DNA of 64,000 nucleotides from Syntrophomonadaceae bacterium (GCA_012728655.1 JAAYEQ010000005.1:2547-66546); one strand, 5' to 3'; counted from the first letter of the stretch, positions 1-10,041 are shown. Numbers and translations are program-made. Notes: generated by a model not told the origin, from the letters alone.

Positions 1-59
1 GAACGTATGTTATGATGTGGGTATATAAGCAGTAACCGGGAGGATACCAAACCGGGATA

Positions 60-956
60 ATGAAAAAGTTTCTGCTGATAATGTTCATATTCCTGGGGGC
101 GGTTCTGGTGGGTATGCAGGCATCCGGCTGGAGGGTGTCTGATACCGGTACCCAGTATAATCCGCCCTATCATAGTGCTGATGAGGCCCAAGCGGATGAC
201 CAACCGGATGGGGAGGAACGGCCGGTGCCTTCAGGCATGCCCATTCTGGGAGAGTCCGCTTACCTGACGGAGAAGCAGTTCCAGGCCATGGACGAGTGGC
301 GAAAGGCGGCGGTCGAACGGGCGCGAGAGCATCCCGAGCAGGTATTTTATTGCGGTCCGGCGGATGAAAAGGTGGTTGCATTGACGTTCGACGACGGCCC
401 GGACGCAGTGATAACGCCGGAGGTTCTTGATGTCTTGAGGGATTACGGTGTTAAAGCTTCCTTCTTTTTTAAGGGGAACCGGGTTATGAAATACCGTTCA
501 GTTGTAAGAAGAGCCCTTGATGAAGGGCACCTGGTTTTGAGCCATGCTTACAGTCACCAAGAGTTGGACAAGATGAGTGCCGATGAAATCGGGCGCGAGA
601 TAATAGCCGCCGAGGAGGCTTTATGGGAGGTGACCGGACAAAGGCCGGCCATGCTTCGACCGCCTTTTGGAGCCGTCAATGGAGATGTGATCCGGGAGTC
701 TGCCCAACACGGCTACAGGCTTATACTGTGGTCAATTGATACCCTGGACTGGTCCCACAAAGACCGTTGCCATATCGCCCGGAATGTGCTGGATAACGTC
801 AGAAATGGGGATATTATTCTTATGCACAGCGACGAAGACAAAGGAGAAACAGCCGCCGCTCTGCCCTTGATTATTGAAGGGTTGAAGAAAGCGGGGTATG
901 AAATGGTTACCCTGGACCGGATGCTGGGGCTTGAAGCTTACCAAGAACAAAACTAA
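60..956 (+). CDS. Polysaccharide deacetylase (NodB homology domain), exported or membrane-anchored
   Basis: 298-aa ORF. N-terminal hydrophobic segment MKKFLLIMFIFLGAVLVG. NodB-type motifs TFDDGP, SHAYSH, LRPPFG, ILMHS. Confidence 0.85.
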   Translation: MKKFLLIMFIFLGAVLVGMQASGWRVSDTGTQYNPPYHSADEAQADDQPDGEERPVPSGMPILGESAYLTEKQFQAMDEWRKAAVERAREHPEQVFYCGPADEKVVALTFDDGPDAVITPEVLDVLRDYGVKASFFFKGNRVMKYRSVVRRALDEGHLVLSHAYSHQELDKMSADEIGREIIAAEEALWEVTGQRPAMLRPPFGAVNGDVIRESAQHGYRLILWSIDTLDWSHKDRCHIARNVLDNVRNGDIILMHSDEDKGETAAALPLIIEGLKKAGYEMVTLDRMLGLEAYQEQN

Positions 957-1109
957 TTACCTGCTGTATGCAGGGCAGACTAAACGCCGCGGTTAAGAAC
1001 CGTCTCGCACCATCTGCCATATTGTAATGAGGGAAATAATTGTGGGCCGTTTTATTAACGGCCAACCGGTTCAAGGATTAAGATTGCTTTTGATCAGAGG
1101 AAGGGTAAT

Positions 1110-1331
1110 ATGAGGTATGAACAGGTTCCAAGCGAATTGCCGAGGGTTAAGGGGCGGTTGCTGCCCCGGTGTGTATTGTGCGAGGAGGTCCCGGTAAACG
1201 GAATAGCCGGTGGTTATCTGATTAACGGCATGTTCCTCTGCGAGACCTGTGAGAGCGCGATTGTCGGGCTGGAGGTGGGTTCCAGCCGGTATAAGTATTA
1301 CGTGGAAAGGATTAAGCGCCTTTTGCGATAA
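1110..1331 (+). CDS. csfB: Sigma-G inhibitor Gin/CsfB-like small zinc protein
   Basis: 73 aa with CxxC (CVLC) and CxxC (CETC) pairs and a YKYYVERIK tail resembling CsfB. Sits just upstream of the yaaO-tmk block, as in B. subtilis. Confidence 0.7.
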   Translation: MRYEQVPSELPRVKGRLLPRCVLCEEVPVNGIAGGYLINGMFLCETCESAIVGLEVGSSRYKYYVERIKRLLR

Positions 1332-1457
1332 GGATTGGCGTTGTATTTCGATATTTCATGGACATTAAAGGTTGGAACCGACTGCTGTAGAAAAATATAT
1401 GCATATCTTTATTGAGAGCGATCGAAGCCGCCGATCGGGAGAGGGTGGGGAGATGCG

Positions 1458-2888
1458 GTGAATATCCCGATTTATGAAGCGTTACAAGCATACCGCCGGG
1501 GGAGAAATGTTCTCCTGCACATGCCGGGGCATAAAGGGGGTAAGGGATTTGCCCTGCCTGAGTTCCAGGCAATTGGGGCTGTTGACTTCACAGAAGTGCC
1601 CGGGTTGGACGATCTTCACGATCCGCAGGGAGTTATATCAGAGGCGCAGCGACTGGCGGCTGAAGCATGGGGGGCTGAAAGAAGCCTCTTTTTGGTGAAT
1701 GGGGCCACCTCCGGTATCCACTGTTTGCTCCTGGCTTTGGGAGAGGAATCCCGGGTGCTGCTGCCGCGGAATGCCCATCGCTCTTTTCTGGGAGGGCTTG
1801 TTATCTCCGGAGCCCGGCCGATATTCGTGGAGTGTGAGATGGACGCGGCTCTGGGGATTGCGGTATCGGTAAAGCCGGAAAACATCAGGGCCAAACTCGA
1901 TTCATGTTCGGATATAAAGGGGGCTTTTCTGGTAAGTCCCACCTATTATGGAACCGTTAACGAGGTAAAGGAGATCGCCGAACTGGTGCGGGAATGGGGA
2001 ATCCCGCTGATGGTCGATGAGGCGCATGGCGCTCATTTTGTTTTTCATCCCGAGTACCCGCGGGCTGCTCTCCAGGAAGGGGCTCAGGCTTCAGTGCATG
2101 GGCTGCACAAAACCATGCCGGTGCTTACCCAGGCGGGCATCCTGCATTTGGGAGCCGGTTTTCCGTGGAGCGATCGGGTACAGGCCTGCCATGACCTGCT
2201 AACCTCAACCAGTCCTTCCTATCCGCTGATGGCATCCATTGACATCGCCAGGGCCACGATGCAGAAACACGGGCGGGAATTGCTGGAACAGGCTAAAGAA
2301 CGAACAGAGGGATGCCGCGATCGGATAAACGGGATACCGGGATTTGCATCCCGCAGCCGGGAGTTCCTGGAGACGGAGGGGGTAGCAGACTACGATCCCT
2401 TAAAGCTCCTGGTTGAGATCACAGATTTGGAGCTTGATGGGTATCAGTTATCTCGCCTGCTGCGAGAGCATTATGGTATTCAGGTTGAACTGGCCGGAGA
2501 AAACCATGTACTGACCATGTTTTCCCCGTTTAACCATCCGGAAGATTGGGACAAGCTGGCGGCGGCATTAAAGGATATTTCACAGCGATATCACCGCCGC
2601 TCCCGGGATAGGAATCCGTTCCCTGGATTCCCCCCCATACCGCCATTGGCCCTGACTCCGCGAGAATCATTTCTATCTGTCCGCAAAACTGTTAAGATAA
2701 AAGAATCCAAAGGAATGATATCTGGAGAGATGGCGGCACCTTACCCGCCGGGTATCCCCTGTGTAGTACCGGGGGAGATAATTACTGCTGAAGTGGTTGA
2801 ATACTTAATATACCTTAAACAGAGAGACATCCCGGTTCACGGGTTGCGGGATCGCAGTTTGCAGTATATACAGGTGGTTGATGTATGA
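1458..2888 (+). CDS. PLP-dependent Orn/Lys/Arg decarboxylase family protein (YaaO-like)
   Basis: 476 aa. Fold-I PLP enzyme features including the SVHGLHKT lysine motif. Overlaps tmk start, at the conserved yaaO position. Confidence 0.85.
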   Translation: MNIPIYEALQAYRRGRNVLLHMPGHKGGKGFALPEFQAIGAVDFTEVPGLDDLHDPQGVISEAQRLAAEAWGAERSLFLVNGATSGIHCLLLALGEESRVLLPRNAHRSFLGGLVISGARPIFVECEMDAALGIAVSVKPENIRAKLDSCSDIKGAFLVSPTYYGTVNEVKEIAELVREWGIPLMVDEAHGAHFVFHPEYPRAALQEGAQASVHGLHKTMPVLTQAGILHLGAGFPWSDRVQACHDLLTSTSPSYPLMASIDIARATMQKHGRELLEQAKERTEGCRDRINGIPGFASRSREFLETEGVADYDPLKLLVEITDLELDGYQLSRLLREHYGIQVELAGENHVLTMFSPFNHPEDWDKLAAALKDISQRYHRRSRDRNPFPGFPPIPPLALTPRESFLSVRKTVKIKESKGMISGEMAAPYPPGIPCVVPGEIITAEVVEYLIYLKQRDIPVHGLRDRSLQYIQVVDV

Positions 2889-3517
2889 TGGCCAGGGGCT
2901 GCTTGATAAGCTTTGAGGGAATAGACGGGGCGGGCAAGACCACCCAGATTAGAGCCCTGGAGCGCGAATTGAGGGCGATGGGATACAGGATTTCAACCTT
3001 GAGGGAGCCCGGAGGCACTGAAATATCGGAGCGTATTCGCGAATTGCTCCTGGACACCAGCAGCCGCATCACTCCGGTGGCGGAGGCTTTGTTATATGCA
3101 GCGGCCCGGGCTCAACTGGTGCAGGATGTGGTGCGGCCTCTGCTGGATGAAGGTGCCGTCGTGCTGGCGGATCGATTTATCGATTCCACCATTGCTTACC
3201 AGGGCTACGGTCGGGGATTGAACATCGAAGGCCTTCACCAGTTGAACAACCTGGCCACCGGTGGGTTGGAGCCTGATCTGACCATCCTCTTGGACATACC
3301 TGTGGAATTGAGCAGCAGGCGTCGACAGGGGATGCTCGCCGATCGCATGGAGAACGAGGGTGTGGCGTTTCAAGACCGCGTGAGACGCGGATACCTGGAG
3401 ATGGCAGGCAAATTGCCGAGATTCAGGGTGATTGACGGAAGCCTGCCAGAGGAAACCATTTCGGCTATAATTATAGACATAGTAGTCAGATTCTTGAAAG
3501 GTGACCTGTGGGATTGA
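2885..3517 (+). CDS. tmk: Thymidylate kinase
   Basis: P-loop GIDGAGKTT, DRF-type motif LADRFIDST, 210 aa, synteny. Confidence 0.95.
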   Translation: MMARGCLISFEGIDGAGKTTQIRALERELRAMGYRISTLREPGGTEISERIRELLLDTSSRITPVAEALLYAAARAQLVQDVVRPLLDEGAVVLADRFIDSTIAYQGYGRGLNIEGLHQLNNLATGGLEPDLTILLDIPVELSSRRRQGMLADRMENEGVAFQDRVRRGYLEMAGKLPRFRVIDGSLPEETISAIIIDIVVRFLKGDLWD

Positions 3518-3966
3518 GAATTGATCACCATCGAAAGAGTACGAGGAATATTGACTTTCCGGACAAGAAAGACGTAAGAGGGGTCAAACCCTCAATGCGT
3601 GGTGATTTTTCGCGCGATTTGGCAGAAAAAGAGGACCAGTATTACCGGTCCCGGATGCAGGAGATTCTGAAGCGTATTGACACCATAAGCGATCGACTGG
3701 CCAGGAATCTCAGCCTGGAGGACCTGATCAGCTATAAGAAACTGGTGCAGAGTTTTCTTAAAGAAGCCACGGCTCGAGCCTATCTGGTCAACCAGGAGAG
3801 GTCGTTTACCCGCCGCGGGGCCCGTTCCATTCTGGTAACAGTTGAAAAGATCAATCATGAAGTTGAGGAGCTCGTAAACGGATTCACAACCAGAAGGAAC
3901 GATCCGATGGAAATCCTGGCCGCCCTTGACAAGATCCGCGGTTTGCTGGTGGATTTGTTGGCATGA
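3508..3966 (+). CDS. yaaR: YaaR (DUF327) family protein
   Basis: 152 aa. Lies between tmk and holB. Central and C-terminal similarity to B. subtilis YaaR (..FKxLVxxFLKEA.., ..IRGLLVDL..). Exact start uncertain (GTG 3508 or TTG 3514). Confidence 0.7.
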   Translation: MGLRIDHHRKSTRNIDFPDKKDVRGVKPSMRGDFSRDLAEKEDQYYRSRMQEILKRIDTISDRLARNLSLEDLISYKKLVQSFLKEATARAYLVNQERSFTRRGARSILVTVEKINHEVEELVNGFTTRRNDPMEILAALDKIRGLLVDLLA

Positions 3967-4901
3967 ACAGAGTAAAGCTTGCTGAGGGATTTAGAGGACA
4001 GGAAAGAGCGCTGAAACTGCTCCATCAGATTCTGGAGAAGGACGAGATTGCCCACGCTTATCTCTTTCTGGGGCCAGCCGGTGTTGGGAAGTCCGAGGCG
4101 GCGCTGGCATTTGCCCGCGCTCTGCTGGAAACAGAAAAGAATCGACATCCGGATCTGCTGATTCTTGAAGCTGAGGGTAACACCGTCAGGATCGGTGAAA
4201 TCCGTCGCCTGAAAGAGTGGCTGACTTTAAAGCCCTACCTGGCGAAACGAAGGGTGGCCCTGCTCCTTGAGGCGCACCTGATGTCCATTGAAGCGGCCAA
4301 TGCCCTGTTGAAGGTGTTGGAGGAACCGGCTGGAGAGGTGGTATTGATTTTAACCGCCGATGCGGAGACCCTTCCTCTTACTGTGGTTTCCCGCTGTCAG
4401 GTGGTCAAGTTTCAACCCCTGCCTGAAAATGAGGTGGAGGAAATTTTGCTCCGACACGGGGTGGAGAGAGAGACAGCCCTCCTGCTGTCCCGCTTGAGCA
4501 AAGGCAGTCCGGGACGCGCCCTTCGTATGGCCGAGACTGATCTTGCGGCCGTACTTGAAATGGCTGCTGCATTCTGGGAAGGAATATCCCGCGGAGACGA
4601 CATGGTGATCTATGAAACTGCAGAGACCCTGGAAAAAGATGCCGACCAAAGAGAGGCATTCCTGGCTTTGATGGAGATATACTTGCGTGATGTTTTGCTG
4701 TACGTTAAAGGCATGGTTGAACAGATGCAGTTTTTACCGCGTGAGCTGGCGGAGAAGACCGCCGGGGTAGATGTGCAAGAGGCGGGCAGGTTATTACGGG
4801 CAATAGGAAGAACTCGCCAGGCTCTCTCCAGGAGAGCCAATCCATTACTGGTTCAAGTTCATTTGTATTCTGAAATGGCAGATGCATTGAAGGGGGGATA
4901 G
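3963..4901 (+). CDS. holB: DNA polymerase III delta-prime subunit
   Basis: Clamp-loader AAA+ features GPAGVGKS and the SRC motif VVSRCQ; synteny. Confidence 0.9.
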   Translation: MNRVKLAEGFRGQERALKLLHQILEKDEIAHAYLFLGPAGVGKSEAALAFARALLETEKNRHPDLLILEAEGNTVRIGEIRRLKEWLTLKPYLAKRRVALLLEAHLMSIEAANALLKVLEEPAGEVVLILTADAETLPLTVVSRCQVVKFQPLPENEVEEILLRHGVERETALLLSRLSKGSPGRALRMAETDLAAVLEMAAAFWEGISRGDDMVIYETAETLEKDADQREAFLALMEIYLRDVLLYVKGMVEQMQFLPRELAEKTAGVDVQEAGRLLRAIGRTRQALSRRANPLLVQVHLYSEMADALKGG

Positions 4902-4903
4902 AA

Positions 4904-5599
4904 ATGCCGGAAGTAGTAGGAGTAAGATTCAAGCCTGCCGGCAAGATATATTACTTTGATGCCGAAGATTTAGACCCCAAGAAAGGGGATGCGGTTATTG
5001 TCGAAACGGCCAGGGGGATAGAGTACGGGGAGGTAGTGCTCGGCCGTCGCAATATAGACGAAGAGAACCTGGTGCTTCCACTGAAAAAGGTAATCCGGAT
5101 AGCTACCCCCGAAGACCGGGAAACGCTTATGGAAAACCGTAACAAAGAAAAAGAGGCATTTGTGATATGCCAGAATAAAATAGAAGAACACCAACTGCCG
5201 ATGAACCTTATTGATGTGGAATACACCTTTGACCGGGGGAAAATCGTATTCTATTTTACCGCCGAAGGCAGGGTGGATTTCCGGGAACTGGTGCGGGACC
5301 TGGCCGCTATCTTCCGAACCCGGATTGAACTGAGGCAGATCGGGGTTCGAGATGAGGCCAAAATGCTGGGAGGCATCGGTTCGTGCGGCCGAGTCCTTTG
5401 CTGCACCACCTTTTTGGGTGATTTTGAACCGGTCTCCATACGTATGGCCAAGGATCAAAACCTTTCCCTGAATCCAACCAAGATTTCCGGGATATGCGGA
5501 CGCCTGATGTGTTGTCTGAAATTCGAATGCGACAACACCAATAACAACTGTAAAGAGGTTGAGAATGCACGAGACGACTCAGAAGATTCAGGAGATTAG
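4904..5599 (+). CDS. ricT: PSP1-domain protein YaaT/RicT
   Basis: 231 aa. PSP1 C-terminal domain with Cys cluster GSCGRVLCC...CGRLMCCLKFE. Directly after holB. Confidence 0.9.
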   Translation: MPEVVGVRFKPAGKIYYFDAEDLDPKKGDAVIVETARGIEYGEVVLGRRNIDEENLVLPLKKVIRIATPEDRETLMENRNKEKEAFVICQNKIEEHQLPMNLIDVEYTFDRGKIVFYFTAEGRVDFRELVRDLAAIFRTRIELRQIGVRDEAKMLGGIGSCGRVLCCTTFLGDFEPVSIRMAKDQNLSLNPTKISGICGRLMCCLKFECDNTNNNCKEVENARDDSEDSGD

Positions 5600-5846
5600 C
5601 GATATTTTAAGAGAGTTGATACGCGAGGTGGCGGGGCTCAAGGAGCGGGTTATGGAACTGGAGCGCCATTTGAACATATCCCGCCCGCCCCCGCCGGTTC
5701 GTGCTCCCATTGAGCTGGAGGCCGAAAGCTACGAGAACATAGGCGGTATCTATAACGAAGGTTACCATATCTGTCCGGTGGCCTTTGGGCAGGTTCGAGA
5801 CGAAGGGGACTGTCTGTTTTGTGTGAACATCCTGGAACGCAAATGA
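5565..5846 (+). CDS. yabA: DNA replication initiation control protein YabA
   Basis: N-terminal coiled coil (LRELIREVAGLKERVMELE) and C-terminal Zn-type residues (HICP...CLFC). RBS AAGAGG 6 nt before ATG 5565. ATGA overlap with the next gene. Confidence 0.75.
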   Translation: MHETTQKIQEISDILRELIREVAGLKERVMELERHLNISRPPPPVRAPIELEAESYENIGGIYNEGYHICPVAFGQVRDEGDCLFCVNILERK

Positions 5847-6577
5847 GCTTAAGGCCTGGAGAAACCCTGGACGATCTGGCGAGAAACGGGATGAAGGTTA
5901 TCCAGAGCAAAAATGGGTATCGTTTTTCCATGGATTCCGTATTGCTGGCTCATTTTGCCGACGTAAAACCCGGAGACGAGGTTTTGGACTTAGGCTGCGG
6001 CAGCGGAGTGATATCATTCCTGCTGGCCGGAAGGCACCCATCCTGCAGGATAACCGGCCTGGAAATTCAGCCGGAGTTGGCCGACCGCGCCCGGCGAGGT
6101 GCGGAATGCAATAGTGTTGCTCATCGGATAGACGTTATTAACGGAGACCTTCGTCAGGCCGAGCGTTTTTTGGGAAACAGAAGGTTTAACCTGATAGTTG
6201 CCAATCCTCCTTTCTGGCGCAAGGGGGAAGGGCGACCCAGCCCTGACCGGGAGAAGCTTATTGCCCGGCATGAGGTGGAGAGCACTCTGGAGGATTATGT
6301 CGATGCGGCTCGACGTTTATTGGTCGGCGGCGGGCGTCTGGCCATGGTCCACCGCGCAGACCGGTTCCTGGAAATAGTGAATACCTGTGCGGAAAAGAAC
6401 CTGGCATTAAAGAGGATTCGTTTTATCCATCCTTATCTTGACCGGGATGCCAATCTGTTGTTGATTGAAGCGGTCAAAAGCCCGAGATCAAGAGTAAGGA
6501 TTCTTCCTCCCCTGGTGGTCTACAACTCTGACGGGAGTTATACCGAGGAGATTATTAGCATTTATTCTGAAGAATGA
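5843..6577 (+). CDS. tRNA(Val) adenine-N6 methyltransferase-like (YabB/TrmN6 family)
   Basis: SAM motif VLDLGCGSG and the N6-MTase NPPF motif (IVANPPFW). Start chosen at the ATGA overlap with the yabA stop. Confidence 0.8.
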   Translation: MSLRPGETLDDLARNGMKVIQSKNGYRFSMDSVLLAHFADVKPGDEVLDLGCGSGVISFLLAGRHPSCRITGLEIQPELADRARRGAECNSVAHRIDVINGDLRQAERFLGNRRFNLIVANPPFWRKGEGRPSPDREKLIARHEVESTLEDYVDAARRLLVGGGRLAMVHRADRFLEIVNTCAEKNLALKRIRFIHPYLDRDANLLLIEAVKSPRSRVRILPPLVVYNSDGSYTEEIISIYSEE

Positions 6578-6659
6578 GCATGTAGCCAAAGGGACGACAG
6601 CAACCGGCCGGACGGAGAACCGGCCTGGGAATATAAGAAAAATTGGAGGAAATGCAGGT

Positions 6660-7478
6660 TTGGGAACCCTGTACGTATGTGCAACTCCCATAGGCAACCT
6701 GGAAGATGCGAGTTACCGGCTGATCAGGATTTTGAATGAGGTTGACCTGATTGCCTGCGAGGATACCAGGCGTACGAGGATTCTCCTCCAACATTATCAA
6801 ATCGACAAACCGACCATCAGCTATTTCCAGCACAACCAGCGCAGCCGGGAGGACCTCCTGCTCGAACGGTTAAAAAAGGGTGACAGCATAGCCCTGGTCT
6901 CCGATGCCGGGATGCCGGGAATATCAGATCCCGGTCATCTGCTGATTGAAAGAGCCTGTAACGAGGGGATCGCGGTGGAGGTGATCCCGGGGCCGTCAGC
7001 CCTGATTTCCGCCCTGGTAATCTCGGGGCTGGATACCAGTTCCTTTGTCTTCGAAGGATTTCTTCCCTCTCGGGCCGGCCAACGGAGGAAGAAATTACAA
7101 AGTATGGCGCAGGAGGAGAGAACCATTGTTTTGTACGAATCCCCGCACCGGCTGTTATCCCTGCTGCAGGACATGCAGGAGGTTTGGGGCAATCGCCGGG
7201 TGGCTGTAGCCCGTGAGCTTACCAAGATTCACGAAGAGGTAAAGCGGGGACTTATATCCGAAGTGATTTCCCACTACGAAGAGCATCCTCCGCGGGGCGA
7301 GATCACCGTGGTGGTGGAGGGATATAAAAAAGAGGGAACGCCGGATTTGGACCGGATATGCGACGAGGTTATGCAGTTGATAGAGCAGGGGATGGAAAAA
7401 AAAGAGGCCCTTTCTCAAAAGGCCCGGGAATACAGCGTTAAGAAATCTGACTTGTACAATCGACTTTTCAAGATGTAA
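6660..7478 (+). CDS. rsmI: 16S rRNA (cytidine1402-2'-O)-methyltransferase
   Basis: TP-methylase fold motifs LYVCATPIGNLED, CEDTR, SDAGMPGISDPG. TTG start. Confidence 0.9.
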   Translation: MGTLYVCATPIGNLEDASYRLIRILNEVDLIACEDTRRTRILLQHYQIDKPTISYFQHNQRSREDLLLERLKKGDSIALVSDAGMPGISDPGHLLIERACNEGIAVEVIPGPSALISALVISGLDTSSFVFEGFLPSRAGQRRKKLQSMAQEERTIVLYESPHRLLSLLQDMQEVWGNRRVAVARELTKIHEEVKRGLISEVISHYEEHPPRGEITVVVEGYKKEGTPDLDRICDEVMQLIEQGMEKKEALSQKAREYSVKKSDLYNRLFKM

Positions 7479-7493
7479 GGGCGCTCACCAGTT

Positions 7494-7745
7494 TTATCCG
7501 ACCGCTTTCGCGATTTCAGTAAGGCAATGAGTGCATATGTTTTTGCCCTTGTAATGCTGAACATCTTCAGCATTACCGCAGAAGATGCATGCGGGTTCAT
7601 ACTTCTTCAGGATGATTTTTTCATTGTCCACATAGATCTCAAGGGCATCTTTTTCTTCTATTCCCATGGTTCTTCTGAGTTCAATGGGGATGACTATTCT
7701 GCCCAGCTCGTCCACCTTGCGAACAACGCCCGTTGATTTCATCAT
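7494..7745 (-). CDS. abrB: AbrB-family transition-state regulator with a Cys4 C-terminal module
   Basis: N-terminus MKSTGVVRKVDELGRIVIPIELRR (SpoVT-AbrB swapped hairpin). C-terminus CIFCG...x13...CTHC. Antiparallel between rsmI and metG, as for B. subtilis abrB. Confidence 0.85.
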   Translation of the reverse strand: MMKSTGVVRKVDELGRIVIPIELRRTMGIEEKDALEIYVDNEKIILKKYEPACIFCGNAEDVQHYKGKNICTHCLTEIAKAVG

Positions 7746-7796
7746 GCTACTATAAACCTCCTTTATCTACAAATTTTGTGTTCCGGTGTCAGATAA

Positions 7797-7825
7797 AGGA
7801 TACCAAGGCTGGGATAATTAGTCAA
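7797..7825 (-). promoter_or_regulatory. Candidate sigma-A promoter of abrB
   Basis: On the minus strand: TTGACT (7825-7820), 17-nt spacer, TATCCT (7802-7797). Confidence 0.35.
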
Positions 7826-8073
7826 GCCTTTTTTCAACAAAAATGGACATAATGATTGGATAATTGTGGAGGATTATGACATTGTTGTTAATACGCTTTA
7901 TTTTTCCGTGTGGTTAGGGCAAACTATCTTAGGAGGAATTATCCTTTTTCGATTCGTTTTTCGGATAAATTCCGACATGCCCGGAGTTTCTTCCCAAGGT
8001 CTGCTGTTGAAATGGGTGCCTTATTTTATAATGGGTATGGCGGTAAAGCAATAAATCAGACTGGAGGCGGCTT

Positions 8074-10041
8074 ATGAGCGACAGAAAAACATTTTACATC
8101 ACAACCCCGATTTATTATCCCAGCGACAACCTACATATCGGACACGCGTATACAACCGTGGCTGCGGACTGCAGTGCGCGCTTCAAGCGAATGCAGGGTT
8201 ATGATGTTTTTTATTTGACCGGAACTGATGAACACGGGCAGAAGATAGAGCGGGTGGCCCGGGAAAAGGGCATGGAAACCAAGGCTTACGTGGATGGAAT
8301 TGTGGCCAATATAAAGGTCCTATGGGAAAAACTGTTGATTACCAACGATGACTTTATAAGGACTACGGAGCCGCGCCACAAAAAAGCGGTACAGGAGATC
8401 TTTCAGCGCATATACGACAAAGGAGACATATACAAGTCGGTTTACACTGGTTGGTACTGCACCCCCTGTGAAGCCTTCTGGACCGAACGGCAGCTGGTGG
8501 ACGGCAAATGCCCTGATTGTGAACGACCGGTGGAAATGATGAGCGAAGAGAGCTTTTTCTTCGCCATGTCGAAATATCAGGATCGTTTGCTGAAACATAT
8601 CGAAGAGCACCCCGAGTTCATCCAACCGGAATCGCGCCGTAATGAGATGGTGAACTTCATCAAGGGGGGCCTGGAGGATCTGTGTGTGTCCCGGACCACC
8701 TTCCAGTGGGGGATACCGGTTCCGTTCCAGGAAGGCCACATTATTTACGTGTGGTTTGATGCCTTGACCAACTACCTGACCGCCATCGGTTTCGGATCGG
8801 ATCCGGAAAAGTTTGAACGCTACTGGCCCTGTGATGTTCACCTCGTGGGCAAGGATATTGTCAGGTTCCACACCGTCATATGGCCGATTATACTGATGGC
8901 GGCCGATCTGCCCCTGCCGAAGCAGGTCTTCGGTCATGGCTGGTTGATGCTCGAAGGCGGTAAAATGTCAAAATCCAAAGGGAATGTCATTGATCCCCTG
9001 GTGCTTATAGACAAGTACGGGGTGGATGCGGTCCGCTACTACCTCCTGAAGGAATTGACTTATGGAATGGACGGTTATTACTCGGAGGATATGCTGGCAA
9101 GCCGCATTAACTCCGACCTGGCCAATGATCTGGGGAATCTTGTCAGCCGGACCGCCGCGATGGTGGGGAGGTATTTCGACGGCATGGTCCCGGCACCGGT
9201 TGAGACGGATGACCTCGACCGGGACTTAAAGGAGACCGCCTTGGAGGCAGTTTCAGAGTGCGAGAGACATCTGGATCGCATTGATTACTCGGCGGCACTG
9301 GGAGCTATCTGGAAACTGGTCAACCGGGCCAACAAGTATATTGACGAAACCGCACCCTGGGTCCTGGCCCGGGACGAGGCTTCCCGTGGAAGACTGGCCA
9401 CCGTGATATACAATCTGGTTGAGGCGATAAGGATAATAACCGTGGCTGCAGCACCCTTTATGCCGACCTTGCCCGTCCGGGTTAATGAGCAGTTTTCGTT
9501 TTTCAAAGACCCGGAACAGATTACCTGGGAAGAAGCCAAGAGCTGGGGTCTGGTGGTTCCGGGGGGCAAAGTCCACAAGAAAGAGAATCTGTTCCCCCGA
9601 GTGGAAACCGACCAGAATAAGGGGTTGAATGCCCAGAAGGGAGATAAAGATAAAGAGCAAAACAAAGAAAAAGAAAAAGAAAAACCTGCCGTGGAGGCAG
9701 CTCAGGACCGGGAGAGTGAGTATATTACCATCGAGGATTTTGCCCGCCTGGACCTGAGGGTGGCGGAAGTCAAGGCCGCCGAAAAGATGAAGAAAGCAGA
9801 CAAGCTACTGGTCCTTACTTTGCAGGTAGGAGATGAGGAAAGGACGGTAGTATCAGGCATTGCTCCTTGGTACAACCCGGAAGAATTGGTAGGGAAAAAA
9901 GTGATCCTGGTTGCCAATCTGCAGCCGACCAAGCTGCGCGGGGTGATGTCGGAAGGGATGATCCTGGCGGCTACTGCGGGGGACCGCTTAGAGGTGCTGA
10001 CCGTGGCTTCTGACTTTCCCTCGGGGGGTAAGGTCAGATGA
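8074..10041 (+). CDS. metG: Methionine--tRNA ligase
   Basis: HIGH motif (LHIGHAYT), KMSKS motif, Zn knuckle CTPC...CPDC, C-terminal tRNA-binding (Trbp111/EMAP-like) domain after a Lys/Glu-rich linker. Confidence 0.97.
   Translation: MSDRKTFYITTPIYYPSDNLHIGHAYTTVAADCSARFKRMQGYDVFYLTGTDEHGQKIERVAREKGMETKAYVDGIVANIKVLWEKLLITNDDFIRTTEPRHKKAVQEIFQRIYDKGDIYKSVYTGWYCTPCEAFWTERQLVDGKCPDCERPVEMMSEESFFFAMSKYQDRLLKHIEEHPEFIQPESRRNEMVNFIKGGLEDLCVSRTTFQWGIPVPFQEGHIIYVWFDALTNYLTAIGFGSDPEKFERYWPCDVHLVGKDIVRFHTVIWPIILMAADLPLPKQVFGHGWLMLEGGKMSKSKGNVIDPLVLIDKYGVDAVRYYLLKELTYGMDGYYSEDMLASRINSDLANDLGNLVSRTAAMVGRYFDGMVPAPVETDDLDRDLKETALEAVSECERHLDRIDYSAALGAIWKLVNRANKYIDETAPWVLARDEASRGRLATVIYNLVEAIRIITVAAAPFMPTLPVRVNEQFSFFKDPEQITWEEAKSWGLVVPGGKVHKKENLFPRVETDQNKGLNAQKGDKDKEQNKEKEKEKPAVEAAQDRESEYITIEDFARLDLRVAEVKAAEKMKKADKLLVLTLQVGDEERTVVSGIAPWYNPEELVGKKVILVANLQPTKLRGVMSEGMILAATAGDRLEVLTVASDFPSGGKVR

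Noticed and set aside
7746-8073. Possible T-box leader or small ORF (7866-8054) upstream of metG
   Set aside because: I looked for the conserved T-box 14-mer (..GGUGGNACCGCG..) and a Met specifier arrangement and did not find them. The 62-aa ORF has no RBS. The region is more simply the divergent abrB/metG promoter region.
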